Notes: generated from the letters alone by a model not told the origin. Positions 22,274 through 33,624 are shown, counted from the stretch's first letter. The stretch: DNA of 64,000 nt from Candidatus Nanopelagicales bacterium (GCA_038208295.1 JBBQYX010000005.1:14213-78212); one strand, 5' to 3'. Numbers and translations: made by a program.

Positions 22274-22312
22274 AGGAGGACCGTACCGGCGTCGGGTCCT
22301 ACGCTGCCTGCC

Positions 22313-23065
22313 GTGTCGGAGGTAACAGGCGAAGTGCCGCGAGCGTGGGTGGAGTTCGTCGATCCGCAGGACCCCGAGCAGGTCTTCCGCTGTGACCTCA
22401 CATTCCTCACATCCGCCTGGACCTGCGTCTTCGGATCGGCCTGCCAGGGCCTGTACGCGGACCGCCCCGACGACGGCTGCTGCACGCTGGGCGCGCACTT
22501 CGCCGAGCCGGCCGACGAGGAGCGGGTGGCCGCGGCCGTGGCCGAACTCACCGACGCCGACTGGCAGTTCCGCCGGCGGTCCCGGCGGGGTGGTTGGGCT
22601 TGCGACGATGGCGACGACCGGGTGACGCGGCTGGTCGACGGGGCGTGCATCTTCCTCAACCGGCCTGGCTTTGCTGGCGGTGCCGGCTGCGCCCTGCACT
22701 CCAGCGCGCTGCGACGCGGCGTGTCGCCGGTGACGACCAAGCCGGACGTGTGCTGGCAGTTGCCGCTGCGCCGGGTGTTCGAGGAGCGGGAGTCCCCCGA
22801 CGGCCGGGTCGTCTCGCTGGTCACCATCACCGAGTACGAGCGCGCCGGGTGGGGGCCTGGTGGCCATGACTTCCACTGGTACTGCAGCGCAAACATCGCC
22901 GCGCATGTTGGCCGCCGGGCCGTGTGGGAGTCCTGCCGGGATGAACTGACGGCGCTGATCGGCGCCGCGGCGTATCAGGTGCTGGCGGGCTATTGCCGAA
23001 CCCATGCCGACCACCCGATTGCGCCGCACCCGGCGACGGTCTTGGCTCGGCAGCGGGATCGGTAG
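22313..23065 (+). CDS. conserved Cys-rich hypothetical protein
   Basis: Tail of ORF 21443..23065 from GTG 22313 (alternative 22334). It has 12 Cys, including [11 protein letters not shown]...[11 protein letters not shown]...GACIFLN...GAGCALH. No family name recalled with confidence. Confidence 0.7.
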   Translation: MSEVTGEVPRAWVEFVDPQDPEQVFRCDLTFLTSAWTCVFGSACQGLYADRPDDGCCTLGAHFAEPADEERVAAAVAELTDADWQFRRRSRRGGWACDDGDDRVTRLVDGACIFLNRPGFAGGAGCALHSSALRRGVSPVTTKPDVCWQLPLRRVFEERESPDGRVVSLVTITEYERAGWGPGGHDFHWYCSANIAAHVGRRAVWESCRDELTALIGAAAYQVLAGYCRTHADHPIAPHPATVLARQRDR

Positions 23066-23137
23066 TTCGGGCGCCCGAAACCGCGGGCCGTTCGTGTCCT
23101 GCGCGGTTGTGTCAGTCCCTGCCCGTACGGTCCCGGT

Positions 23138-24556
23138 ATGGCAGTACGAAGTTCGACCACGCGTTCGACATCCCGCCCGGCCTATCGCTGCGCCGACTGC
23201 GGCTGGACCAGTGCCAAATGGGTGGGCCGCTGCGGGGAATGCCAAACCTGGGGATCGGTCACCGAGGTCGGGGCGCCAACGGTGCGCACGACCGCAGCCG
23301 GCCCGGTGACCACTCCGGCGCGACCGATCGCGGAGATCGACGTGTCCAGCGCGGCCTATCGCCCGACCGGCGTGAGCGAGCTGGATCGTGTCCTTGGTGG
23401 CGGGCTGGTGCCCGGCGCGGTGGTCCTGCTGGCCGGGGAGCCCGGCGTCGGCAAGTCGACGCTGTTGCTGGATGTGGCAGCCCGGGCGGCACGCTCCGGT
23501 GCGCCCTCGCTGTATGTCACGGGGGAGGAGTCCGCCGGGCAGGTGCGCCTGCGAGCAGAGCGGATCGGCGCGGTCGCCGAGCACCTGTTCCTGGCTGCGG
23601 AGACCGATCTGGCCACGGTCCTGGGCCAGATCGAGGCGGTCCGCCCGGCGCTGGTCGTCATCGACTCGGTGCAAACCATGGCCAGCGCATTGGTCGAGGG
23701 GTCCGCCGGCGGGGTCGCTCAGGTGCGGGAGGCGGCGGGGGCGTTGATCCAGGTGGCTAAGTCGACCGGGGTCCCGATCGTGCTCGTGGGTCACGTGACC
23801 AAGGACGGCTCGGTCGCGGGCCCGCGCACCCTGGAACACCTCGTCGACGTCGTCCTCGCCTTCGAGGGCGACCGGCACGCCCGGCTGCGCCTGGTGCGAG
23901 CCACCAAGAACCGCTACGGCACCGCGGAGGAGGTGGGCTGCTTCGAATTGCACGACGCGGGGATCCGCGGGCTGCCCGACCCCAGTGGGCTGTTCCTCAG
24001 CCGGCGCCAGGACCCGGTCCCCGGCACCTGCGTGACGGTCACGCTGGAGGGCCGGCGTCCGTTGGTGACCGAGGTGCAGGCCCTGGTGACACCCGCGGCG
24101 CCCGGCTCCCCCCGCCGGGCCACCAGCGGCCTCGACTCGGCTCGCGTCGCCATGATCATCGCAGTGCTGCTGCGGCACGCCGGCACCGCGCTGCAGCAGG
24201 CCGATACTTATGTCGCGACGGTCGGCGGGGTGAAGATCACTGAGCCGGGTGCGGACCTGTCCATCGCCCTGTCCCTGGCCACCGCGACGGTCGACCTAGC
24301 GCTGCCTTCCGGGCTGGTGGTCATTGGAGAGGTGGGCCTGGCCGGCGATGTACGTCCGGTGACCGGCATCAGCAGACGCCTACAGGAGGCTGCCCGGCTG
24401 GGCTTCACCCACGCTGTGGTCCCGCCGGAGTCCGGGGTGGCTCCCGATGGCTTACTCGTCCGGGAGGTGGCCACCCTTGGCCAAGCCGTCGACCTGGCCG
24501 AGCGTTGGGGCAACTACCCCACGGTGCGGGCACTGCGGCGCAGCCGCTCGGCGTGA
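23138..24556 (+). CDS. radA: DNA repair protein RadA
   Basis: Zinc ribbon [25 protein letters not shown], Walker [15 protein letters not shown] motif and C-terminal Lon-like domain. Confidence 0.95.
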   Translation: MAVRSSTTRSTSRPAYRCADCGWTSAKWVGRCGECQTWGSVTEVGAPTVRTTAAGPVTTPARPIAEIDVSSAAYRPTGVSELDRVLGGGLVPGAVVLLAGEPGVGKSTLLLDVAARAARSGAPSLYVTGEESAGQVRLRAERIGAVAEHLFLAAETDLATVLGQIEAVRPALVVIDSVQTMASALVEGSAGGVAQVREAAGALIQVAKSTGVPIVLVGHVTKDGSVAGPRTLEHLVDVVLAFEGDRHARLRLVRATKNRYGTAEEVGCFELHDAGIRGLPDPSGLFLSRRQDPVPGTCVTVTLEGRRPLVTEVQALVTPAAPGSPRRATSGLDSARVAMIIAVLLRHAGTALQQADTYVATVGGVKITEPGADLSIALSLATATVDLALPSGLVVIGEVGLAGDVRPVTGISRRLQEAARLGFTHAVVPPESGVAPDGLLVREVATLGQAVDLAERWGNYPTVRALRRSRSA

Positions 24557-24577
24557 CTGCGGCGCAGCCGCTCGTGA
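24533..24577 (+). repeat. tandem duplication of the radA terminal codons including the stop
   Basis: CTGCGGCGCAGCCGCTCG-GCG-TGA is followed by CTGCGGCGCAGCCGCTCG-TGA. Confidence 0.85.
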
Positions 24578-24655
24578 GTCTCGTAGGCTGCGCGCCGAGC
24601 CGACGATGTGCCGCAGGCGCGAGAACCCGTCGGGCGAGGTGCGGGAGGGAGTGTC

Positions 24656-25756
24656 ATGGCGAGCATTCCCACCACCGCCGGCGACATCGATGCCCGATTA
24701 CGCGGGGTTCTGGTGTTGGTGGCCCCGGGGACCGCGCTGCGCGACGGCCTGGAACGTATTCTTCGGGGTCGTACCGGTGGCCTTGTCGTCCTGGGCCATG
24801 ACAAGACGGTGGAGCAGATCGCCACCGGCGGTTTCGCCTTGGACGTGGAGTTCTCCGCAACCCGGCTGCGGGAACTCGCGAAGATGGACGGCGCCGTCAT
24901 CATCGACAAGGACTGCGCGCGACTGCTCCGCGCCGCCGTGCAACTCGTGCCTGATCCCGCGATTCCCACCGAGGAGACCGGCACTCGGCACCGCACTGCG
25001 GATCGGGTTTCCCGACAGACCGATTTCCCGGTCATCAGCGTCAGTAAGTCGATGAACATCATCGCGCTGTACGTCGCCGGGCGGCGTTATGTCCTGGAGG
25101 ACTCGGCGGCAATCCTTAGCCGGGCCAATCAGGCGCTGGCCACCTTGGAGCGGTACAAGCTGCGGCTGGACGAGGTGAGCGGGACGCTGTCCGCCTTGGA
25201 GATCGAGGACCTCGTCACCGTGCGGGACGTGGCCGCCGTCGCCCAACGACTGGAGATGGTCCGGCGCATCGCCCACGAGATCGAGGGTTACGTCGTCGAG
25301 CTTGGCACCGACGGCCGGCTGCTCACCCTGCAACTGAACGAGTTGTTCGCCGGGGTGGAGGCGGATCGAACCCTCATCGTGCGGGATTACGGCCCGGTGG
25401 GCACCGGCAAGAAGGCTCGGACCCCGGAGCAGGTCCTGGCAGATCTGGACTTGCTGTCCTCCGCCGATTTGCTCGATCCTGTCCAGATGGCCAAGGCGGT
25501 GGGATTGGCGACCACCGCGGAGATGCTCGACGCCGCGGTGAGCCCGCGCGGTTTCCGGCTGCTTGCCCGGGTGCCCCGACTGCCCGATGTCGTCGTCGAC
25601 CGGCTGGTGGAGCACTTCGGCGGCCTGCAGAAACTCCTCGCCGCCAGCATCGACGACCTGCAGACCGTGGAGGGCGTCGGCGAGACCCGCGCCCGCTCGG
25701 TCCGGGAGGGCCTGTCCCGGTTGGCGGAGTCCAGCATCCTGGAGAGGTACGTCTGA
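24656..25756 (+). CDS. disA: DNA integrity scanning protein DisA (diadenylate cyclase)
   Basis: Inner ATG 24656 with GGGAGGGA upstream. DAC domain ([10 protein letters not shown]...DGAVIIDKD...GTRHRTA) and C-terminal HhH ([19 protein letters not shown]). Confidence 0.95.
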   Translation: MASIPTTAGDIDARLRGVLVLVAPGTALRDGLERILRGRTGGLVVLGHDKTVEQIATGGFALDVEFSATRLRELAKMDGAVIIDKDCARLLRAAVQLVPDPAIPTEETGTRHRTADRVSRQTDFPVISVSKSMNIIALYVAGRRYVLEDSAAILSRANQALATLERYKLRLDEVSGTLSALEIEDLVTVRDVAAVAQRLEMVRRIAHEIEGYVVELGTDGRLLTLQLNELFAGVEADRTLIVRDYGPVGTGKKARTPEQVLADLDLLSSADLLDPVQMAKAVGLATTAEMLDAAVSPRGFRLLARVPRLPDVVVDRLVEHFGGLQKLLAASIDDLQTVEGVGETRARSVREGLSRLAESSILERYV

Positions 25757-25824
25757 GACGGGATTGTTCGAATGGATCAAGGTCCCAGTCGCGGTGATCA
25801 AGGTCTGGTTGGCACGGTCGGGGC

Positions 25825-26502
25825 TCAGGTCAGCGTGAAAGCGGTCTTCTTGCTGGTGACATCGCCGTTGCGACCAGTCAGGTCGTAGGTGCCCGTCTTG
25901 GCCAACGGCGGATCGGACGGGCAGGACCCTTGGGTGAGCCGGCCCGGCCACGTCACGGTCACCTGGGCGGTGCTGCCCGGCTGCAGGGTCACTACCGAGT
26001 TCTTGCCGCCGGGGCTGCAGTCGTCGCTGGACCACACCGGCACCCCGCCGGAGGTGATCGCGACAGTGTTGGCGGCCGGCCCGACGTCGCGGGTGCAGGC
26101 GTCGGTCCCGCTGTTGGTGATGACCATCGTCAGCCGCGGCGTCGACCCGGCGGCGTAGGTCGCTGAGTCCGTCGTCGCCGTCACGCTGATTGCCGAGTCC
26201 GGGCAGCTCGCCGGCTGGGCATCCGAGCTACCGGAGGTCGGAGTCGGCGAGTCGCCCGCGGATGTGGTCGTGGCGGACCCGGACGGCTGTGGGGACACGG
26301 ATCCCTCGTCGCCGCTGGGGCTCGCACTGGGACTCGTGGTGGTGTCCACCGGCCGGACCCGCGGCTCGTCGCCGCCCCGCAGGAACAGCGCCCAGATCAG
26401 GATGAGGACTAGCAGCAACGCGCCCAGGGCCAGGCCCCGTCGCCGCCAGTACACGCCGACCGGCTCCGGTCCCACTGGCCGTATCCAACTCACGCGCGTC
26501 AC
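25825..26502 (-). CDS. membrane-anchored Ser/Thr/Pro-rich protein (Rv3587c-like position)
   Basis: 225 aa. A single TM (GLALGALLLVLILIWALFL), a low-complexity linker and a C-terminal Cys-containing beta-rich domain. The synteny slot between disA and mutY matches mycobacteria. Confidence 0.7.
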   Translation of the reverse strand: MTRVSWIRPVGPEPVGVYWRRRGLALGALLLVLILIWALFLRGGDEPRVRPVDTTTSPSASPSGDEGSVSPQPSGSATTTSAGDSPTPTSGSSDAQPASCPDSAISVTATTDSATYAAGSTPRLTMVITNSGTDACTRDVGPAANTVAITSGGVPVWSSDDCSPGGKNSVVTLQPGSTAQVTVTWPGRLTQGSCPSDPPLAKTGTYDLTGRNGDVTSKKTAFTLT

Positions 26503-26606
26503 CGTAGCGTCCCGTCGAGCGCTCGATCCGGCGACACCCTACGGTCGTCGCCAGCTGATGAACGGCTCCGTTGGCAGCCGTGGGCAGGTCGACAGGGAGG
26601 AGTCGG

Positions 26607-27533
26607 GTGGCGAGCGATGGGGTACGGGTAGTCAGCACGGCCGAGGAGTCGGTTGCGGCGGTCGTGCGCTGGTTCGACTCCGCCCAGCGCGACCTGCCGT
26701 GGCGTGCCGCCGACCGTACGGCCTGGGGGGTGCTGGTCTCGGAGTTCATGCTGCAGCAGACGCCGGTGGCCCGGGTGCTGCCGGTCTGGCAGGAGTGGCT
26801 CGCGCGCTGGCCAGCGCCGGCTGCATTGGCCGCTGAACCCGCCGGTGCCGCCGTACGGGCGTGGGGGCGGTTGGGTTATCCGCGCCGCGCACTGCGGTTG
26901 CACGCTTCGGCGAGGCAGATCGTAGAAAAACATGCCGGCCAGGTGCCCGAGCAGGCCGCGGATCTGCTTGCGCTGCCCGGGGTCGGTGAATACACCGCAA
27001 ACGCCGTTCTCGCCTTCGCCTTCGGGCGCCGAGCCGTCGTCCTGGACACGAATGTCAGGCGGGTGTTGGCCCGCGCGTTCGATGGTGTCCCAGTAGCCGC
27101 GGCGCACCAGACCCAACGCGAGCGGCTGGCGGCCGACTCGATCTGGCCGGCGGCCGACGACCTGGCTTCGCACTGGTCAGCGGCAGCCATGGAACTCGGC
27201 GCGCTGGTCTGCCTGCCCAGTCCCCGATGCAACGACTGCCCGCTCGCCGAGAGCTGCGCATGGGTGCGCGCCGGGCGCCCGGACACCGCAACCGGCGGTC
27301 CACGCAGCCCGGCCAGGCGACAGCCGACCTTCGCCGACACGGACCGGGCGGCTCGTGGCGCGCTGCTTGCCACCGTACGCGCGCAGGCCGACCCGCTCCC
27401 GGCAATAGCACTGGCCGACGCGTGGGGCCAGCAGGCGCAGCGGGATCGGGCACTGACCAGCCTGGTGACCGACGGCTTGCTCGTCCAGCTGCCGGATGGG
27501 CGGTACGCCCTGCCCGGGGAGCACCGGGCCTGA
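26607..27533 (+). CDS. mutY: A/G-specific adenine DNA glycosylase MutY
   Basis: GTG 26607 with GGGAGGAG 4 nt upstream (ORF 26571..27533). WGVLVSEFMLQQT, HhH LPGVGEYTANAV and the 4Fe-4S Cys cluster CLPSPRCNDCPLAESC. Confidence 0.9.
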   Translation: MASDGVRVVSTAEESVAAVVRWFDSAQRDLPWRAADRTAWGVLVSEFMLQQTPVARVLPVWQEWLARWPAPAALAAEPAGAAVRAWGRLGYPRRALRLHASARQIVEKHAGQVPEQAADLLALPGVGEYTANAVLAFAFGRRAVVLDTNVRRVLARAFDGVPVAAAHQTQRERLAADSIWPAADDLASHWSAAAMELGALVCLPSPRCNDCPLAESCAWVRAGRPDTATGGPRSPARRQPTFADTDRAARGALLATVRAQADPLPAIALADAWGQQAQRDRALTSLVTDGLLVQLPDGRYALPGEHRA

Positions 27534-27543
27534 CCGCAGCCGC

Positions 27544-27625
27544 CGCAGATTAGCCGTCACCGCAGATTTGCCATCACCGCAGATTGCCGTCAACGCAGAT
27601 TGCCGTCAACGCAGATTGCCGTCAA
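27544..27625. repeat. 16-17 bp intergenic tandem repeat (5 units)
   Basis: CGCAGATTAGCCGTCAC / CGCAGATTTGCCATCAC / CGCAGATTGCCGTCAA x3, with degenerate partial copies on both flanks (27534..27640). Confidence 0.9.
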
Positions 27626-27631
27626 GGAAGC

Positions 27632-28126
27632 TCAGCCGTCCACGGCGCCCGCATCCACGGGGGCCTGGCGCGGCATCGGCTGCCGGTCGGACTTGCGGAT
27701 CATGGTGCGGTCACCGACGGGGGCCGACAGCCGTACGTCCACCCAGGTGTGGTCGCCGGCGATCCCGAAACCACTGCACGGGCCGGCGTTGCGGGCGCGT
27801 ACGCGGGAGGCGTCCACCGCGATCCGGTCGCCACCTTCGACCGGGGTGACGCGGACCTCGTCGCCGCTGCACAGGCCCTCGGGGGTGGCCACGGCGACCT
27901 GGACCAGGGTCGCCTCAACCGTGGGCCGCCAAGCGATGGGCCGCAGCGGGGTCTCCTGAACCCCCAGCACGCGCAGCGGACCGACGCCACCGAGGACACC
28001 GGCCATGACGGTGATGACGGCCGCGATCGCGACACTGGCCAGCACCCAGCGCAGAACCCCCGAATTGCGCCGCCGACGGGGGGCGTCGAACTCGCGAATT
28101 CCCGGGATCAGCGGACCCGTACGCAT
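27632..28126 (-). CDS. hypothetical N-terminally membrane-anchored protein
   Basis: 164 aa. TM LRWVLASVAIAAVITVMAGVLGG followed by a beta-rich soluble part. No family recognised. Confidence 0.6.
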   Translation of the reverse strand: MRTGPLIPGIREFDAPRRRRNSGVLRWVLASVAIAAVITVMAGVLGGVGPLRVLGVQETPLRPIAWRPTVEATLVQVAVATPEGLCSGDEVRVTPVEGGDRIAVDASRVRARNAGPCSGFGIAGDHTWVDVRLSAPVGDRTMIRKSDRQPMPRQAPVDAGAVDG

Positions 28127-28278
28127 CGTGTGCCCACCTCCTCACAACCTCACGTCGTGGCCGAGAACTGCCCTCCGGTGGCGCCCATGCAACTGGGACC
28201 CACCGGCCTGATCGAGCAGGCTCCCGACCACGTCGGACGTGCGGTCTCCTGCGCGCCCCGCCTACGCGGCTCCGGCGC

Positions 28279-30780
28279 CTACTCGGTTCCGGCGGCCTGC
28301 ACTGGCGGAGCATCCGGCAGTACTGACTTCGGCTCGCCAGTGAACGTGAACGTGCGTTCGGCGCCCTCACCTTCGACGTCGACCACAACGATCGTCCCCG
28401 ATCCGAGTTCACCGAACAGGATCTTTTCGGACAGGCTGTCCTCGATCTCCCGCTGGATCGTGCGACGCAGCGGCCGGGCGCCGAGCACCGGGTCATAGCC
28501 TCGGTGCGCGAGCAACTGCTTCGCGGCCACCGTCAACTCGATGGCCATGTCCTTGTCCTTCAGCCGGTCGTCGAGTTTCGCCAGCATCAGGTCGACGATC
28601 TCGACGATCTCTGCCTCGGACAACTGGTGGAACACCACGATGTCGTCGATACGGTTGAGGAACTCGGGTCGGAAGTGCTGCTTCAGTTCGTCGTTGACCT
28701 TCGTCTTCATCTTCTCGTAGTTGCTCTTCGTCGTGTCGCCGCCAGCGAACCCGAGGTTCTGGCCCTTGGCGATGTCACGAGTGCCGAGGTTGGTCGTCAT
28801 GATGATGACGGTGTTCTTGAAGTCGATGACCCGCCCCTGGGAGTCGGTCAGGCGGCCGTCCTCCAAAATCTGCAGCAGCGAGTTGAAGATGTCCGGGTGA
28901 GCCTTCTCGACCTCGTCGAACAGCACGACCGAGAACGGCTTGCGCCGCACCTTCTCGGTCAGCTGACCACCCTCCTCGTACCCGACATAGCCCGGAGGCG
29001 ACCCGAACAGCCGGGAGACGGTGTGCTTCTCGGAGTATTCGCTCATGTCGAGCTGGATGAGCGCGTCCTCGTCCCCGAAGAGGAATTCGGCAAGAGTCTT
29101 GGACAGCTCCGTCTTCCCGACGCCGGACGGCCCGGCGAAGATGAATGAGCCGCCGGGGCGCTTGGGATCCTTCAGACCTGCCCGGGTCCGGCGGATGGCC
29201 TGGGACAGGGCGTGAATGGCCTGCTCCTGACCGATGACGCGCTTGTGCAGCTCGGACTCCATCCGCAGCAGTCGCTGGGACTCCTCCTCGGTGAGCTTGA
29301 AGACCGGGATACCGGTGGCCGTGGCCAGGACCTCGGCGATGAGGTCCTCGTCGACCTCGGCGACGACGTCCATGTCGCCGGCCTTCCACTCCCGTTCCCG
29401 CTGGGCCTTCTCGGCGAGCAGGTTCTTCTCCTTGTCCCGCAGCGAGGCGGCTTTCTCGAAGTCCTGCGCGTCGATCGCGGACTCCTTGTCGCGCCGGACA
29501 TTGGCGATGCGCTCGTCGAACTCGCGCAGATCCGGCGGCGCGGTCATCCGGCGGATCCGCAGCCGGGACCCGGCCTCGTCGATCAGGTCGATCGCCTTGT
29601 CCGGCAGGAATCGGTCGGAGATGTAGCGGTCGGCCAGGGTCGCGGCAGCGACCAGCGCCCCGTCGGTGATCGAGACCCGGTGGTGAGCCTCGTAGCGGTC
29701 GCGCAGGCCCTTGAGGATCTCGATGGTGTGCGCCAAAGTCGGCTCGGCGACCTGAATCGGCTGGAACCGCCGCTCCAGCGCGGCGTCCTTCTCGACGTAC
29801 TTGCGGTATTCGTCCAGCGTGGTGGCCCCGATGGTCTGCAGCTCGCCACGGGCCAGCATGGGCTTGAGAATGCTGGCGGCGTCGATCGCGCCTTCGGCCG
29901 CACCCGCGCCGACCAGCGTGTGCATCTCGTCGATGAACAAGATGATGTCGCCGCGGGTACGGATCTCCTTGAGGACCTTTTTCAGCCGCTCCTCGAAGTC
30001 ACCGCGGTAACGGCTGCCGGCGACCAGAGCGCCGAGGTCGAGTGTGTAGAGCTGCTTGTCCTTCAGCGTCTCCGGCACCTCGCCCTTGATGATCATCTGG
30101 GCGAGGCCCTCGACGACGGCTGTCTTACCGACGCCGGGCTCCCCGATCAGGACCGGGTTGTTCTTGGTGCGGCGGGACAGGATCTGCATGACCCGCTCGA
30201 TCTCCTTCTCCCGGCCGATGACCGGGTCCAGCTTGCCCTCCCGGGCGGCCTGGGTGAGGTTGCGACCGAACTGGTCGAGCACCAGCGAGGTGGACGGGGT
30301 GCCCTCAGAGGGGCCGGCCCCGGCGGCGGCTGGCTCCTTGCCCTGATAGCCCGACAGCAGCTGGATGACCTGCTGACGCACCTTGTTCAGGTCGGCGCCG
30401 AGCTTGACCAAGACCTGCGCGGCGACGCCTTCGCCCTCGCGGATCAGGCCCAGCAGGATGTGCTCGGTGCCGATGTAGTTGTGACCTAATTGCAACGCCT
30501 CGCGCAGCGAGAGCTCCAGGACCTTCTTGGCCCGCGGCGTGAAGGGGATGTGGCCACTTGGCGCCTGCTGGCCCTGGCCGATGATCTCCTCGACCTGCTG
30601 CCGTACGGCGTCCAGCGAGATGCCCAGGCTCTCCAGGGCCTTGGCGGCGACACCCTCGCCCTCGTGGATCAGGCCCAGCAGGATGTGCTCGGTGCCGATG
30701 TAGTTGTGGTTGAGCATCCGCGCTTCTTCTTGCGCCAGGACGACAACCCGCCGCGCACGGTCAGTGAACCTCTCGAACAT
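28279..30780 (-). CDS. clpC1: ATP-dependent Clp protease ATP-binding subunit ClpC1
   Basis: [21 protein letters not shown]..., two AAA+ modules ([18 protein letters not shown]) and a UVR motif. I prefer ATG 30780 over the GTG at 30783 in the track. Confidence 0.97.
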   Translation of the reverse strand: MFERFTDRARRVVVLAQEEARMLNHNYIGTEHILLGLIHEGEGVAAKALESLGISLDAVRQQVEEIIGQGQQAPSGHIPFTPRAKKVLELSLREALQLGHNYIGTEHILLGLIREGEGVAAQVLVKLGADLNKVRQQVIQLLSGYQGKEPAAAGAGPSEGTPSTSLVLDQFGRNLTQAAREGKLDPVIGREKEIERVMQILSRRTKNNPVLIGEPGVGKTAVVEGLAQMIIKGEVPETLKDKQLYTLDLGALVAGSRYRGDFEERLKKVLKEIRTRGDIILFIDEMHTLVGAGAAEGAIDAASILKPMLARGELQTIGATTLDEYRKYVEKDAALERRFQPIQVAEPTLAHTIEILKGLRDRYEAHHRVSITDGALVAAATLADRYISDRFLPDKAIDLIDEAGSRLRIRRMTAPPDLREFDERIANVRRDKESAIDAQDFEKAASLRDKEKNLLAEKAQREREWKAGDMDVVAEVDEDLIAEVLATATGIPVFKLTEEESQRLLRMESELHKRVIGQEQAIHALSQAIRRTRAGLKDPKRPGGSFIFAGPSGVGKTELSKTLAEFLFGDEDALIQLDMSEYSEKHTVSRLFGSPPGYVGYEEGGQLTEKVRRKPFSVVLFDEVEKAHPDIFNSLLQILEDGRLTDSQGRVIDFKNTVIIMTTNLGTRDIAKGQNLGFAGGDTTKSNYEKMKTKVNDELKQHFRPEFLNRIDDIVVFHQLSEAEIVEIVDLMLAKLDDRLKDKDMAIELTVAAKQLLAHRGYDPVLGARPLRRTIQREIEDSLSEKILFGELGSGTIVVVDVEGEGAERTFTFTGEPKSVLPDAPPVQAAGTE

Positions 30781-30935
30781 CACTCACGCTCCGTCCTCGG
30801 CGCCGGATGGCGTCGCCGTACCCCTGGTGAGTCAGCTGGGGCCGACGTATCGCCTTCCGCCGCATGCTAGCCCGCTGGCGGGAATGTCGTATTCGTCAAC
30901 CGAGGCCCGGCCGCCGGTGTTCCGTATCCGCCCTA

Positions 30936-30949
30936 CGCCCACGGCGAAC
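30936..30949 (-). promoter_or_regulatory. candidate ClgR operator upstream of clpC1
   Basis: On the clpC1 coding strand this reads GTTCGC-CGTGG-GCG, which matches the remembered actinobacterial ClgR consensus GTTCGC-N5-GCG. It lies about 156 bp upstream of the start. Confidence 0.45.
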
Positions 30950-31032
30950 GGATCGCCGGTCGGTCCCGGCCCGGACGCAGGCCGCCCCCGCAGCCGACGG
31001 CTACGGGGGCGAGCTGGCTGATTTGGCCTACC

Positions 31033-31398
31033 TCAGCCGTGCGCCTCGATGTACTCCGCGATTAGGTCCGCGGGGACTCGGCCGCGGTCGCTGACCGGCC
31101 GGCCCGTCTCACGCGCCCACGCCCGGACCTCCTTGGGATCGGGGGTGGCATCCCCCTTGCGGGCCTTGACCGGCTCGGCCGGCCGCGACCGCTGGGCCCG
31201 GGTGGACCGCGCGCGACCCTCACGACCGACCCGGCGGGCGGCACCGACGTAGGGTGCGAAAGAGTCCCGCAACTGCTGCGCATTCTCCGCGTTGACGTCG
31301 ATCTCGTAGGTCACGCCATCGACCGCGAAGGTCATCGTCTCGTCGGCGGGGCCGCCGTCGAGGTCGTCCTCGAGCACCACATGCACCTTGCGAGCCAT
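31033..31398 (-). CDS. lsr2: nucleoid-associated protein Lsr2
   Basis: Inner ATG 31398. MARKVHVVLEDDLDGGPADETMTFAVDGVTYEIDV... with C-terminal DPKEVRAWARETGRPVSDRGRVPADLIAEY (RGR AT-hook-like). Confidence 0.93.
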   Translation of the reverse strand: MARKVHVVLEDDLDGGPADETMTFAVDGVTYEIDVNAENAQQLRDSFAPYVGAARRVGREGRARSTRAQRSRPAEPVKARKGDATPDPKEVRAWARETGRPVSDRGRVPADLIAEYIEAHG

Positions 31399-31531
31399 TT
31401 CGTACGTCCTCGGGGTGAGTCGGATGGAATTACCGGACCGGCGGCGCGCCGCGTGACACACAATGAGATTCGTCGGGCCAGACGGATAGTGAATCATACA
31501 CAAACACTGTGGCAAATGCCCGGGTGCGGTT

Positions 31532-32044
31532 TTAGCGGACCAGCTGCCGCAGCATTCGGTGATTGCCCAGCGTGTTCGGCTTCACCCGTTCGAGATCGAG
31601 GAATTCCGCCACGCCCTCGTCGTAGGACTGCAGCAGCTGCTCGAACACGTCATGGTCGACCGGCGCCCCATCGATCTCGGCGAAGCCGTGCCGGGTAAAG
31701 AAGCTGGTCTCGAAGGTCAGGCAGAACAGTCGCTGCACCCCCAGGTCACCAGCCCTGGTCATCAGGTCGGTGAGCAGCCGGTGGCCGACCCCCTGGCCAC
31801 GTACCTGCGGCAGGACCGCGATAGTGCGGACCTCGGCGAGGTCCTCCCACATCACATGGATGGCACCGCATCCCAGCACCTGGCCCGCGCCGTCATCAGC
31901 GACCAGGAACTCCTGGATGTCCTCGTACAGGGTGACGGTGGCTTTGGACAGCAGCCGGCGGTCGGGGGCATAGGTGTCCACCAGACCCCGGATGTCGCGC
32001 ACATCGGATGTACGGGCCGGGCGCACGACCAGCTGATTTATCAC
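31532..32044 (-). CDS. GNAT amino-acid N-acetyltransferase (short-form N-acetylglutamate synthase-like)
   Basis: GTG 32044 overlaps the lysS stop (GTGA). [21 protein letters not shown]...[19 protein letters not shown]...[15 protein letters not shown]...[17 protein letters not shown] resembles the remembered mycobacterial Rv2747 ArgA. Confidence 0.85.
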   Translation of the reverse strand: MINQLVVRPARTSDVRDIRGLVDTYAPDRRLLSKATVTLYEDIQEFLVADDGAGQVLGCGAIHVMWEDLAEVRTIAVLPQVRGQGVGHRLLTDLMTRAGDLGVQRLFCLTFETSFFTRHGFAEIDGAPVDHDVFEQLLQSYDEGVAEFLDLERVKPNTLGNHRMLRQLVR

Positions 32045-33624
32045 CGGCGAGTGTCGGGCTTGACCAGCGGGAACAGAACGGTCTCCCTGATCCCCAAACC
32101 AGTCAGCGCCATCAGCAACCGGTCGATACCCATGCCGACCCCGCCGCTGGGTGGCATGCCGTATTCGAGCGCCCGTAGAAAGTCCTCGTCCACGCTCATT
32201 GCCTCCACGTCGCCGCCGGCGCGAAGTGCAGCCTGGGCGACGAGTCGCTCCCGCTGCACGACCGGGTCGACCAACTCGGAGTATCCGGTGGCCAGCTCGA
32301 ACCCGGCGACGTACAGATCCCACTTCTCCACCGCTCCTGGCAGTGACCGGTGCGCGCGCACCAGCGGGGAGGTGTCCTCGGGGTAGTCCCGTACGAAGGT
32401 CGGGGCCTGCAGCCCCGCCACGACGTGGTGCTCCAGCAACTCCTCGACATACTTTCCGGGCACCCAGCCGGCCTGGGCCTCGATACCCACCTGGGCGCAC
32501 AGCCCCTGCAATGCAGTGATCGGGGTTTCGGGCGTGATCTGCTGCCCGACGGCCGCGCTGACAGCCGGGTAGACCTCGACGGTGTCCCACGGCCCGGACA
32601 AGTCCCGTTCGCTGCCGTCGGCGAGGGCGAACAGCAGCGACCCGTGCACCGCGAGCGCGGCAGCCTGGATGACCTCGCGCGTGGTGGTCGCCATCACGTC
32701 GTAGTCGGCGTACGCCTGATAGAACTCCAGCATCGCGAACTCCGGGGAGTGCGAGGTGTCTGCACCCTCGTTCCGGAAGTTTCGGTTGATCTCGAAGACC
32801 CGCTCCAGGCCACCCACGACGCAGCGCTTGAGGAACAGTTCCGGCGCGATGCGCAGGTACAGGTCCAGATCGAAGGCGTTGGAGTGCGTGACGAAAGGCC
32901 GCGCCGTCGCCCCGCCGTGCATCGTCTGCAGCATCGGAGTCTCGACCTCGAGGTAGTCCCGGTCCACGAAGGACCGCCGCAGGCTGGCGACCGTATTCAC
33001 CCGCAGCCGTGCGGTCCGCTGCGCCTCGGGACGTACGATCAGGTCGACATACCGCTGCCGGGCGCGGGTCTCCTCGTTCAGCGGCCGGTGCGCAACGGGC
33101 AATGGCCGCAATGCCTTCGCGGCGATGACCCAATTGTCGGCGAGGACACTGAGTTCGCCGCGGCGGCTGCTGATGACCTCTCCGTGCACGAACACGTGGT
33201 CGCCGATGTCGACCAGTGACTTCCACTCGGCCAGGGACTCTTCGCCGACCCCGGCCAGGCTGATCATCGCCTGGAGTTCCGTACCGTCACCGGACCGCAG
33301 TGTGGCGAAACACAACTTGCCGCCGTTGCGCAGGAACATCACCCGCGCGGCCACCCCGACGTGCTCGCCGCTGGCACTGTCGGTCGCGAGGTGCCCGAAC
33401 TGCGTGCGTACCTGCGCGAGGGTGTGCGTCACGGGCACCGACACCGGGTAGGCCTGCGCACCGGATTCCAGTAGGCGGGACCGCTTCTCCCGCCGGACCC
33501 GCAACTGCTCGGGCAGGTCAGCGTCAACCTCGACTGCTTCCGCGATGTCGAGCAGGGCCGGGTCGACAGGTGAGTTCGAGGGCGGGTCAGTGGCGGTCAC
33601 AGGGGCGGTCACAGGGGCGGTCAC
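32041..33624 (-). CDS. lysS: lysine--tRNA ligase (class II)
   Basis: 527 aa. OB-fold anticodon-binding region and class II motifs ([26 protein letters not shown]). Three alternative GTG starts result from the junction repeat. Confidence 0.95.
   Translation of the reverse strand: MTAPVTAPVTATDPPSNSPVDPALLDIAEAVEVDADLPEQLRVRREKRSRLLESGAQAYPVSVPVTHTLAQVRTQFGHLATDSASGEHVGVAARVMFLRNGGKLCFATLRSGDGTELQAMISLAGVGEESLAEWKSLVDIGDHVFVHGEVISSRRGELSVLADNWVIAAKALRPLPVAHRPLNEETRARQRYVDLIVRPEAQRTARLRVNTVASLRRSFVDRDYLEVETPMLQTMHGGATARPFVTHSNAFDLDLYLRIAPELFLKRCVVGGLERVFEINRNFRNEGADTSHSPEFAMLEFYQAYADYDVMATTTREVIQAAALAVHGSLLFALADGSERDLSGPWDTVEVYPAVSAAVGQQITPETPITALQGLCAQVGIEAQAGWVPGKYVEELLEHHVVAGLQAPTFVRDYPEDTSPLVRAHRSLPGAVEKWDLYVAGFELATGYSELVDPVVQRERLVAQAALRAGGDVEAMSVDEDFLRALEYGMPPSGGVGMGIDRLLMALTGLGIRETVLFPLVKPDTRR

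Noticed and set aside
22274-24178. A 635-codon upstream extension of the ppx ORF, running antisense through radA.
   Set aside because: The Ppx/GppA fold begins at [12 protein letters not shown]. The upstream translation is low complexity and overlaps radA and the Cys-rich gene on the other strand.
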